NCBI GenBank assembly: GCA_009839745.1
Contig: VXPE01000036.1
Coordinates: 4,763-68,762, forward strand
Direction: 5' to 3'
DNA length: 64,000 nt
Origin: Candidatus Poribacteria bacterium
Lineage (GTDB): Bacteria > Poribacteria > WGA-4E > WGA-3G
Shown: positions 9,802-17,997 of the stretch, piece after piece
Layout: each line of letters begins with the position of its first letter
Numbering within the stretch: the first letter of the stretch is position 1
Translations under genes and position numbers: made by a program
Notes under the pieces: model-generated
Database searches by the model: none
Seen by the model: the letters and a program-made list of their open reading frames with translations, nothing else
Told to the model about the DNA's origin: nothing

Positions 9802-11163
9802 ATGTCTTATTTAGAACCCCTCGGACGTTGCAGCACACATCTCGTGACGTGGGGGATTGTATTATGTCTTTTGGCACTGCCAACGGTCCTATTCGCACAA
9901 GACGAACTTATCATTATCTCACCACACCCCGAGGGTATTGAGACAGAGTTTGGAAACAATTTCGAGAAGTGGTATGAGAAACAAACGGGTAGAACCGTCA
10001 AAACCGATTGGCGAGATGTGGGGGGAACCTCCTCCAACTATCGGTTCATCGAATCGGAGTTTAAGCGTGTGCCAGATGGTATCGGTATTGATATTTTCTT
10101 TGGCGGTGGGACTGACAATTATCTCCGTCTTTCAAACAACGGTTGGTTAAACACCTACAAACTCTCCGAGACACAACTTGCGCAGCTGACGCAATCGTTT
10201 CAAGGTATCCCGCTCTACGATGCCGAATATCAGTGGTACGGTGCAGCGTTATCGAGTTTCGGCATCATGCACAATGAGGAGCTGCGTGAAATGCTGAGTC
10301 TCCCGAAAGTCAAGACATGGCGGGATTTGGGGGATGTCGCATTGCTCGGTAAAATTGGTGCCGCCGACCCAAGAGAGAGTGGCTCAGCACACATGGTGTA
10401 TGAGATTATCCTTCAAACGCTCGGATGGGAAGAAGGGTTCGCACTCCTGACGAAACTTGGGGGTAATGTTCGCGGTTTCTCCGCTGGTGCGAACGCTATT
10501 CCGACAGATGTCGTCGCCGGACAGGTCATTTATGGACTCGCAATTGACTTTTACGCGTACGGTCAAATCGCCGTTGTCGGGGCGGACAAAATCCAATATG
10601 TTGTTCCAGCGGATGGCGCAGTGGTCACTGCTGATCCTATTGCCATCCTCAAAGGTGCCCCGAATTTGTCTGTTGCTCAAAAGTTTCTTGAGTTTGTTTT
10701 ATCGGAAGACGCACAGAAACTTTGGATGCTCCGCGACACCGACTCGGAGGGCCCCAAATGGAAGGGTGGTTTAAACCGCGCGAGTGTGCTACCAGCACTT
10801 TACGATAAATTAGGCGAACGCTGTATTGTCCCAAATCCATTTGCGATGGAAGGAACCCCCTTCCAATATAACTCAGATAAAGGGGGGACCCGATGGAATA
10901 TCGTTAACGATCTCTTCGGTGTTTTAATTATTGATTCGCATAAGGATCTCGTTAACGCATGGAAGGCAATCCGGAAGTGTAAGGACCCGGCGAAACGTGA
11001 CGCAGCGATTGCGGCTTTAACGAAGATGCCGATCACCGAAGAAGAAGCGATGAATCTGGCACGTAGCGACTGGAAGGATCCGACTGTCCGCAACGAAAAA
11101 ATCAAGGACTGGGGACAATTCGCCAAAGAAAAGTTCAAAGAGGCACGAGATCTGGCAAAATAG
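9802..11163 (+). CDS. ABC transporter periplasmic substrate-binding protein (family 1 type)
   Basis: AAGGAG SD; signal-like LCLLALPTVLFAQ; overall solute-binding-protein character (my recognition only); no cognate permease/ATPase adjacent. Confidence 0.6.
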   Translation: MSYLEPLGRCSTHLVTWGIVLCLLALPTVLFAQDELIIISPHPEGIETEFGNNFEKWYEKQTGRTVKTDWRDVGGTSSNYRFIESEFKRVPDGIGIDIFFGGGTDNYLRLSNNGWLNTYKLSETQLAQLTQSFQGIPLYDAEYQWYGAALSSFGIMHNEELREMLSLPKVKTWRDLGDVALLGKIGAADPRESGSAHMVYEIILQTLGWEEGFALLTKLGGNVRGFSAGANAIPTDVVAGQVIYGLAIDFYAYGQIAVVGADKIQYVVPADGAVVTADPIAILKGAPNLSVAQKFLEFVLSEDAQKLWMLRDTDSEGPKWKGGLNRASVLPALYDKLGERCIVPNPFAMEGTPFQYNSDKGGTRWNIVNDLFGVLIIDSHKDLVNAWKAIRKCKDPAKRDAAIAALTKMPITEEEAMNLARSDWKDPTVRNEKIKDWGQFAKEKFKEARDLAK

Positions 11164-11470
11164 TCTTATCGTCCTTTTCGTCTTTAGTGTAAGTCAAGAC
11201 TGATTTGATGAATAAATTCGGACGTGACTGTAGATGAGACGCGAGTGTCGCCTCCAGGGGAGCGTTCACGCTGCTGGGTGGACGGTGTAACACTGGGTTC
11301 GCTTTATGGCTCAATCCCAGCGGCAAGGAGGGTAACATAGACCGTGCCTTCAGGTTCAGGATCATCGTCTCTGTAGGTCAGTCCAAAGATGAGGGAATTT
11401 TTGGGGAAAAGGTTTAAAAATATTGTCTGAATAGGGAATTCAGGAGATGACGCTTGTTGTAGCGAATCTT

Positions 11471-12586
11471 TCATCTCCGCCGTGATGCTATATCAAATCC
11501 TACGGCAGCGACAAGCACGATCCCTTTAATTATGTCTTGCCATGAGGCATCCATGTTCGCCATGCTCATCCCGTTGTTGAGGCTTTCCATAACGAACGCG
11601 CCTAAAATTGCCCCGAAGATGCTCCCGCGTCCCCCCATCAAACTGGCACCGCCAATCACACACGCAGCGATGGCATCCAATTCCAACAACCGTCCCGCTT
11701 CTGGACTGGCACTCCCGACCCGTGCTGTCATCACAACACCAGCGATCGCCATTAAAGCCCCCATGGTTCCAAACACCCGCAGCGTAATCCCGCGGACGTT
11801 GATCCCGGAGAGGTACGCCGCCTCCGAATTTCCACCGACCGCGTACACATAACGCCCAAAACGGGTGTGGTTGGCGATAAAATGGAATATGAACGCTAAT
11901 CCAAATAGAATGCAGACTGGAAACGGAATCCCTTTGTGAGCATTCATCACGGAGATGAACGCTACAATGAGGGCAGATGTTCCGATTACTTTCAATAGGA
12001 AAGTTCGCAAGGATGTCTGCTCAGTCCCGTATTGCAGCTGGGCGGTTCGCTGTCGGTAAAAGCGATACCCGTTGATACCCAAGCCAAGGACCATGAGTCC
12101 CCATCCGAGTCCTGACGAAAGATAGGCGTTCCCAATTGCTTTGAGCCAATTGTCTGGAAGGAGGATGGTCTCACCTTTGGTGAAGGCTAACATCAAACCG
12201 CGATACGCCAAAAATCCGCCCAATGTGACGATAAACGCAGGGATTCGCTGATACGCCACGAGATACCCCTGCATCACCCCCATCAGAACCCCGATGCATA
12301 AGACAGCGATGAGTGTCACGAAGATCGATTGTCCCCACCACACATGGACAATCGCCGCAATGGCACCGAGCAATCCAGCACCGTAACCGACAGAGAGATC
12401 GATATTCGCAGAAACGATGACCAAGGTCATGCCGACGGCGAGGATGGCGGTGACTGCGGCTTGGCGGGAGAGATTGGATAGGTTCCGAGTGCTGAGGAAG
12501 GTGCCGCCAGTCAGGAGTGTGAAAATCACCCAAACACAGACGAGGGCAAACACCATCGCATACATGCGGAGATTTAGGTGTTTCAT
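11471..12586 (-). CDS. sugar ABC transporter permease (CUT2, XylH/RbsC-like)
   Basis: Multi-TM protein with LSTRNLSNLSRQAAVTAILAVGMTLVIVSANIDLSVG and GGASLMGGRGSIFGAILGAFV typical of CUT2 permeases. Confidence 0.8.
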   Translation of the reverse strand: MKHLNLRMYAMVFALVCVWVIFTLLTGGTFLSTRNLSNLSRQAAVTAILAVGMTLVIVSANIDLSVGYGAGLLGAIAAIVHVWWGQSIFVTLIAVLCIGVLMGVMQGYLVAYQRIPAFIVTLGGFLAYRGLMLAFTKGETILLPDNWLKAIGNAYLSSGLGWGLMVLGLGINGYRFYRQRTAQLQYGTEQTSLRTFLLKVIGTSALIVAFISVMNAHKGIPFPVCILFGLAFIFHFIANHTRFGRYVYAVGGNSEAAYLSGINVRGITLRVFGTMGALMAIAGVVMTARVGSASPEAGRLLELDAIAACVIGGASLMGGRGSIFGAILGAFVMESLNNGMSMANMDASWQDIIKGIVLVAAVGFDIASRRR

Positions 12587-12596
12587 GTGTCAGGAA

Positions 12597-13379
12597 TCAC
12601 TCCTGCTTAGGTGAAAGCCGAATCCATGTTTCAAGGGCGGCAGTATCTTCAAAAAATGAACGGATGAGGGCAAATTCGTCGGGGGTTGAGATCGCACAGC
12701 GTAGAAGTCCTTCCCGGGAACCGTAAGTCTCCAGCTGCTCAAGCCAGATTTTACGAAATACCTCTGTATCCAGTGGAGCCATACCACTCGGGACCGCACC
12801 AATCTTCATGACTTTAATCGCATCGGAAGTGGACATTTTTGATGAATACGTATCCATTAACGGATCAATCAGGTGTATCTTCATGAATGCTTCCATCTCT
12901 TCGGAATCGGACGTGATGTCCGGTTCGTTCACGATCAGTTCTCGGAGTTCAAAATAAAAGTCCACACAGATTCGGATTTGCTCATCCGTTGCCTCTGGCG
13001 GAAGAATTTCTTTAAGCGCAAATAGGGTAGTCGATTTCTGTTCGGTAGTAGGGACCGCGGTAAGATAGGTTGGGTAATCTTTATGGGCTGTGCCGACCTG
13101 CCTTTCCAGATACGTCAAATACGGTTGACTCGACAAAACCACATCCAAACCCTCCTTTTCTTCAAGAAGTTGTGTTAAGAGCTTTTCTTGGCGTTCCGTT
13201 AAAGGCTCTTCCGCAGATTCTATCAAGAACGTTTCTCGTTCCTTAAGTTGTGCCACCATATCCTTCATGAATCCTGCCATTTCAAAGGTATGCTTTATCG
13301 CACAACTGGAAAACACAGCCAGCATCGGAAAGAGGAGAAAAAGATAGCGGAGAGAATTTTTCTTTAGGTTTCTGCACAT
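12597..13379 (-). CDS. hypothetical lipoprotein
   Basis: Lipobox LAVFSSC after MCRNLKKNSLRYLFLLFPM (ATG 13379; longest ORF starts 13409); stop 10 nt before the permease start, so probably co-transcribed; no family recognised. Confidence 0.5.
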   Translation of the reverse strand: MCRNLKKNSLRYLFLLFPMLAVFSSCAIKHTFEMAGFMKDMVAQLKERETFLIESAEEPLTERQEKLLTQLLEEKEGLDVVLSSQPYLTYLERQVGTAHKDYPTYLTAVPTTEQKSTTLFALKEILPPEATDEQIRICVDFYFELRELIVNEPDITSDSEEMEAFMKIHLIDPLMDTYSSKMSTSDAIKVMKIGAVPSGMAPLDTEVFRKIWLEQLETYGSREGLLRCAISTPDEFALIRSFFEDTAALETWIRLSPKQE

Positions 13380-13430
13380 TGTAGCGACTAATCGGTTGTT
13401 TGGTTCCATGGGAGCCCTTATGGATACGGG

Positions 13431-14192
13431 TTAAGGTGTAAAGAGTTTTTGGAAGTTTTTTGTCGTTGTTTCACCGATTGTTTCCATAGTGGTGTTGCGG
13501 AGTTCCGCAATCTTTTCTGCTACGGCGCGGACATAAGCAGGCTCATTCCGCTTTCCTCGTCGAAATTGCGGGGTCAGCCACGGACAATCGGTCTCTATCA
13601 GGAGTTTATCCGCTGGCACTTCTTGCGCGACTGCTTGGACATCTTTGGCATTCGGGTATGTTACAATCCCCCCGATACCGATATGAAAACCGATAGCGAG
13701 ACTTCTGCGCATTAATTCAACATCCCCAGTAAAGCAGTGCAACACGCCTCGGATTTTCCCCTGCCGTGCTTCTAAAATGGGGAGGATGTCCATATAGGCA
13801 TCGCGATTGTGGATGACAATGGGCAGCTGCAACTCTTCGGCGAGGTCCAACTGTTTTTCAAACGCCTCTTTTTGCACGGGACGCGGCGAGAGGTTGCGGT
13901 AATAGTCTAATCCCATTTCGCCGAGTGCAATCACTTTCGGATGTGCGGCAAGTTCACGAAAAGTCTTTAGTGTATCGTCGGTTAGATCCTTTGCATCGTG
14001 TGGATGCATGCCGACGGTGGCATAGATATGCGTATGCTGCTCCGCCAACTCGATAGCACCGAGGCTGGTCTCCATGTCAAACCCTATCGCAAGAATATGG
14101 GAGACTGAGACTTCGTGGGCGCGTTTTAGGACTGCGTCGCGATGACGGTTAAATTGGGAGAGTTGGATGTGTGCGTGAGAGTCGATAAACAT
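13431..14192 (-). CDS. tatD: TatD family metal-dependent hydrolase/DNase
   Basis: FIDSHAHI, GEMGLDY, HCFTG, ETDCPWL metal-ligand motifs. Confidence 0.88.
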   Translation of the reverse strand: MFIDSHAHIQLSQFNRHRDAVLKRAHEVSVSHILAIGFDMETSLGAIELAEQHTHIYATVGMHPHDAKDLTDDTLKTFRELAAHPKVIALGEMGLDYYRNLSPRPVQKEAFEKQLDLAEELQLPIVIHNRDAYMDILPILEARQGKIRGVLHCFTGDVELMRRSLAIGFHIGIGGIVTYPNAKDVQAVAQEVPADKLLIETDCPWLTPQFRRGKRNEPAYVRAVAEKIAELRNTTMETIGETTTKNFQKLFTP

Positions 14193-14198
14193 TTTTTA

Positions 14199-14226
14199 AT
14201 TATACCTTGCGGTTCGGTTAGGTCAA
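14199..14226 (-). promoter_or_regulatory. sigma70 promoter (TTGACC-N16-TATAAT) placing the TSS on the tatD ATG (leaderless candidate)
   Basis: Minus strand: TTGACCtaaccgaaccgcaaggTATAATtaaaaaATG; only 6 nt between -10 and ATG 14192, no SD. Confidence 0.5.
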
Positions 14227-14283
14227 TTGGGTGGATAACGCTGCTCTGCGTATATCCGCTCTCCACTTCGTTACGAGCTACAG
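14209..14283 (+). repeat. ~75-bp repeat, left copy (inverted partner at 15551-15625)
   Basis: Reverse complement ...TGTAGCTCGTAACGAAGTGGAGAGCGGATATACGCAGAG... aligns with 15551-15590 TGTAGCCCGTAAGCGTAGCGGAGGGCGGATATACGGAAAG (1 indel, few mismatches); distal GGTTCGG..TCA.TTGGGT also shared. Confidence 0.7.
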
Positions 14284-14311
14284 GTTTGGGGCTAACGAAC
14301 ACCTCTTAATT

Positions 14312-14335
14312 AACTGACAACCGATAACTGACAAC
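14312..14335 (-). repeat. GTTRTCR heptamer array (3 units)
   Basis: Minus strand GTTGTCA GTTATCG GTTGTCA GTT. Confidence 0.6.
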
Positions 14336-14412
14336 TAATTTCTTTCACCTTGCGGTGCGGTCAGTCGGGATTTCCGCATTGGAGACCTTGGATTCCTGGA
14401 GACACGTAACTC

Positions 14413-15162
14413 TCACATCAAGGGTGTTCGGATGACGGTCTCAAGCGTGTGTGCGCGGGGTGGCTGCGTCACCAGAAATAGGATTAGATCTGCGACATCT
14501 TCCGGAAGTGTGAGATGTTCAATCACATCGTCTGGATGGTTATCGCGGCGCATTTTGGTATCTACAGGACCGGGACAGACGACCGAGGCTTTTACACCGT
14601 GGGGTCTTCCTTCATTGTTCGTTGTCTCGGTGAAACCGATAACAGCGAATTTAGAGGCACAATACGCGCCACCGTTGACATGCCCAAATTTACCGGAGAC
14701 CGAGGAGACATTGACAATGTGTCCATACTTCTGCTCACACATGTGGCTGAAGACGGCTTGTGTGCCGAGGAATACACCCTTGAGATTGACTGCCATTGTC
14801 AGGTCCCAATCTTCTTCTCGGATCTTCGGGATCGGGTTGTGGATTGCGATCCCGGCATTGTTGACAAGGATGTCCACCTTACCGAAAGTGTCAAGCGTTT
14901 GGGCGACCATAGCATCAACATCCGTTTTCAGTTGAATATCGGTTTTGATGGCGAGTGCGCGTCTACCGAGTTGCTTCACCTCTTCAGTGACAGTGGTTAT
15001 CTCGGTGTCAGTCCGTGCGGCAAGCACGATGTCTGCTCCTTCTCTGGCAAACGCTAAGGCGGTCGAGCGACCGATGCCGCGTCCGCCGCCTGTGATAATT
15101 GCAATACGGTTTTCAAGTTTGACACTCCCACGTCTAAAGTCGTGGGATTCTTGCTTCGTCAT
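14413..15162 (-). CDS. SDR family oxidoreductase (3-oxoacyl-ACP reductase-like)
   Basis: GGGAGG SD then ATG 15162; TGGGRGIGR, NNAG, catalytic YCASK. Confidence 0.88.
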   Translation of the reverse strand: MTKQESHDFRRGSVKLENRIAIITGGGRGIGRSTALAFAREGADIVLAARTDTEITTVTEEVKQLGRRALAIKTDIQLKTDVDAMVAQTLDTFGKVDILVNNAGIAIHNPIPKIREEDWDLTMAVNLKGVFLGTQAVFSHMCEQKYGHIVNVSSVSGKFGHVNGGAYCASKFAVIGFTETTNNEGRPHGVKASVVCPGPVDTKMRRDNHPDDVIEHLTLPEDVADLILFLVTQPPRAHTLETVIRTPLM

Positions 15163-15209
15163 TTGTAACCTCCCGCAAGTGGAGGAATTACACAAACTCC
15201 ACAAGCGTT

Positions 15210-15509
15210 TTAACTCTCCGCGTGCCCCGCGGCGAGGGTTCTTAAGTTGATTGCTGCGTTGACATCTCTATCAAGAAACACACCACAGTCGCTACAGTGA
15301 TACTGCCGATCCGACAGCGTTAAGTCGTCTTTCTTGTGTCCACACGCACTACACGTCTTAGAACTTGCGAAGAACCGATCTGCTTGCACAATCCGAATAC
15401 CCAGTGCTTCTGCCTTCGTCTTGATCTTCTCAAGGAAACCGCCAAGTGCAGCGTCTGACAGTGCTTTGGCAAGTTTTCTATTTTTCAGCAAGTTCGTAAA
15501 TTGTAACAT
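15210..15509 (-). pseudogene. tnpB: 3' remnant (about 100 codons) of an IS200/IS605-family tnpB (OrfB, RuvC-III + zinc finger)
   Basis: NLLKNRKLAKALSDAALGGF...ADRFFASSKTCSACGHKKDDLTLSDRQYHCSDCGVFLDRDVNAAINL matches the TnpB C-terminus; in-frame TGA 3 codons upstream of the Met; N-terminal ~300 codons absent. Confidence 0.75.
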
Positions 15510-15550
15510 ACACGCTAATCAGTGCACCTCTCTCTTATGTGCCCGCAAAA

Positions 15551-15625
15551 TGTAGCCCGTAAGCGTAGCGGAGGGCGGATATACGGAAAGACACGTCAAT
15601 ACCCAAACCCAACTGACCGAACCCC
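15551..15625 (-). repeat. ~75-bp repeat, right copy (inverted relative to 14209-14283)
   Basis: See 14209-14283; abuts the truncation point of the tnpB remnant. Confidence 0.7.
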
Positions 15626-15634
15626 AAGGAAAGT

Positions 15635-16720
15635 TTAAAAAATTTGATAGGGGGCGAGTTTCTCTTTATTGAACAGAATGCCGTGTCCCGGACGTTCAGG
15701 CGGCGAAAAATGTCCGTCTTTAAGTGTCAAGGTATCGTCAAGGACCGGATCAAGCGAAGGGATGTATTCAACAAAAAGTGAATGTGGCACAGCCGCAGAG
15801 AGATGAACGTGCAAATCCATCAGGAAGTGTGGTGAAACGGAAAGCCCAAAGCATTCCGCCATGTGTGCCACCTTCATCCATTCGGAGATACCACCGACGC
15901 GGACCGCATCAGCTTGTAGGATATCCGCCGCGCCCTGCGCGATGTATTCCTTAAAGACGTATTTATTGTAGATGGTCTCGCCAATAGCAATCGGGATAGT
16001 GGTTTTCTCACGCAGGGTCACATGACCGGCAACATCGTCTGCCTCGATGGGTTCTTCAAACCAGAAGAGGTCTGCTTCTTCGACACGATAGGCGAGTTGA
16101 ATGGCTTCGCGGGCGTTCCACTTCATATTGGCATCAATCATGAGATAGGGTTCCTGCCCGATCGCCTTTCTGACGGCGAAGATGCGTGTCACGTCTTCGT
16201 AGAGACTATCTCGTCCGACCTTAATCTTGATACCTTTGAAGCCTTGCTCCACAAATTCCACGGATTGCCTAACGAGTTCGTCTTCAGCGAGGTGTAGCCA
16301 GCCACCATCTGTATTGTAAACAGGGACAGCGGATCTTGCCCCACCGAGGAGTTGGTAGAGCGGCACCCCTGCGCGCTTTGCCATGAGATCCCAGAGGGCG
16401 ATGTCGACTGCTGCCATACCTAAACCGACGATGCCCCCTCTCCCGACCCAGTGTGTCTCCATCCACATCCGATTCCAAATCCGGTCGATGTTGGCGGCAT
16501 CCTCTTCGAGGAGGATCGGTGTGAGGTAGGCATCCATTGTCTGCTTAATCGCTTCCCCACCCTTACCGATCGTGTAAGAGAACCCTGTTCCTACAACACC
16601 ATCTGCGTCTTCAATTTCAACGAAAGGAAACTCCATAGAGACGAAAGTTTGAATGGCATCGACGCGTTCCACTTCGGGTGGGATGTCGTAAAGGGATGTC
16701 CGAACTGCTTTAATTTTCAT
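15635..16720 (-). CDS. enolase superfamily enzyme (mandelate racemase/muconate lactonizing enzyme family)
   Basis: N-terminal capping + TIM barrel pattern: GIKIKVG, IDANMKW, WFEEP, acid/base and metal-ligand spacing typical of MR/MLE. Confidence 0.8.
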   Translation of the reverse strand: MKIKAVRTSLYDIPPEVERVDAIQTFVSMEFPFVEIEDADGVVGTGFSYTIGKGGEAIKQTMDAYLTPILLEEDAANIDRIWNRMWMETHWVGRGGIVGLGMAAVDIALWDLMAKRAGVPLYQLLGGARSAVPVYNTDGGWLHLAEDELVRQSVEFVEQGFKGIKIKVGRDSLYEDVTRIFAVRKAIGQEPYLMIDANMKWNAREAIQLAYRVEEADLFWFEEPIEADDVAGHVTLREKTTIPIAIGETIYNKYVFKEYIAQGAADILQADAVRVGGISEWMKVAHMAECFGLSVSPHFLMDLHVHLSAAVPHSLFVEYIPSLDPVLDDTLTLKDGHFSPPERPGHGILFNKEKLAPYQIF

Positions 16721-16740
16721 TGGAGTTTGGTTATTACCCG

Positions 16741-16768
16741 GTTACGGCACACGGCGTGTGCCTACTAC
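16741..16768 (-). repeat. REP-like element (GTAGTA head + 7-bp hairpin + GTAAC tail)
   Basis: Minus strand GTAGTA-GGCACAC-GCC-GTGTGCC-GTAAC. Confidence 0.6.
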
Positions 16769-16808
16769 AGCTCTGTCCATTTTCAAATGATGAGGGTCTG
16801 TTTTTGTT

Positions 16809-16870
16809 TGTAGTAGGGCAATTCATTGCCCGTTCTTGATATGGGAACGTGCGATAAATCGCACTACTAC
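16809..16870. repeat. REPIN-like inverted pair of REP-like elements
   Basis: Plus GTAGTA-GGGCAAT-TC-ATTGCCC-GTTC (16810-16835) faces minus GTAGTA-GTGCGAT-TT-ATCGCAC-GTTCC (16844-16870); same head/tail, different perfectly paired stems. Confidence 0.6.
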
Positions 16871-16902
16871 GAACGGACCTTCAAGTGCAGGCTGACAGAA
16901 CA

Positions 16903-17772
16903 CTATTTTAGGTTCTCAATCATCGCCAGTAAGTTTTCAATACAGATGCGTGAGGCTTCGTCACCAGCTTCAGAGAAGGCTTGCCCTGCTGGACGGTTGA
17001 GGATGGCTTCGTCAATTTTCAGTGAGGGTCGCCAATGCGTCTCAAGGCAGAGATGTCCTTCGTAGCCGTCGTCAATGAGGGCTTGCAGCTGCCCTTGCCA
17101 GTCAATGATGCCGTCGCCAACGGGAACGGATTCTATCTCGCCTGTATCGGGGTTCGGACCCGCGTCTTTGAGGTGCGCGTGGATCATTGTCGATTTCATG
17201 CGGTTGTAGGCATCGGGATACGGGGTCTCGCCCCCCTTCGCGTGTGCTTCATTGGCAGGATCCCAGATACCGCGGATATTCGGGGAATCAATCTGCTCAA
17301 TAAATTCCGCTGTGAGTTTGGCAGTGCGGAGCGAGGTGGTAGATTCGTTTTCCATGCCGAGGACGATGCCTTCGCCGTCTATCATTCTGCGCGGTTCATC
17401 GTAGGAGGCGATAATTTCATCCCACCGCGCCTCGGTTTCACCAGTGTCCCAAAAGACGAAGGTTCGGATGAGATTGGTATCAAACGCCTTTGCCGTCCGG
17501 ATGCACCCTTTGAGTATATCGAGATGTTCTTTCCGTTCCGCGGCGTTGTCTATATCGCATTTGAAGAACGGGGAGGCGATCCCAATAATCTCGATATCCG
17601 TGTCGTCGAGTAAGCGCTTCATCTCGTCGATGTCCGTGTCCGTGAGTTCGTGCGGGAGTTTGTCCCAGACGGAGCGGATTTCGATGGAGTGTAGATTGAA
17701 TTCTTTTACAAAATTGACAACGGTAGCAAAGTCTTGTGAAACTTCGTCGTTGATAACGCCGAGTTTAAACAT
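16903..17772 (-). CDS. sugar phosphate isomerase/epimerase (xylose isomerase-like TIM barrel)
   Basis: AP_endonuc_2-like pattern: LHSIEIRSVW, GMENES, HAHLKD, LCLETHW. Confidence 0.75.
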   Translation of the reverse strand: MFKLGVINDEVSQDFATVVNFVKEFNLHSIEIRSVWDKLPHELTDTDIDEMKRLLDDTDIEIIGIASPFFKCDIDNAAERKEHLDILKGCIRTAKAFDTNLIRTFVFWDTGETEARWDEIIASYDEPRRMIDGEGIVLGMENESTTSLRTAKLTAEFIEQIDSPNIRGIWDPANEAHAKGGETPYPDAYNRMKSTMIHAHLKDAGPNPDTGEIESVPVGDGIIDWQGQLQALIDDGYEGHLCLETHWRPSLKIDEAILNRPAGQAFSEAGDEASRICIENLLAMIENLK

Positions 17773-17880
17773 AGTTTCTTATCTCCTTTGAAACTTTCCC
17801 GATATATTAGCACAGTGTGGTGTTAATAGCAAGAGGATTTCAGTGGCAGCCAGCAAGCGACAATTAGTAGAGTCAGGTAT

Positions 17881-17906
17881 GCGGAATCGGAGTTCCGTTC
17901 TACAGG
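17881..17906 (-). repeat. REP-like GTAG hairpin
   Basis: Minus strand TGTAG-AACGGAACTCCGATTCCGC (CGGAA/TTCCG stem). Confidence 0.4.
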
Positions 17907-17997
17907 AACTCATGATTAGAAAATTGGTTTGCAATGCAGCCAAAAACGTGATAAAATAGCATTAATCTTAGCGTTGCATAGAGAGAGGAGAAAGGAA

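Noticed and set aside
11135-11365. 76-aa minus-strand ORF in the convergent spacer between the binding-protein and permease genes
   Set aside because: It has no SD, a Pro/Ser/Leu-rich non-protein-like sequence, and overlaps the 3' end of the plus-strand gene.
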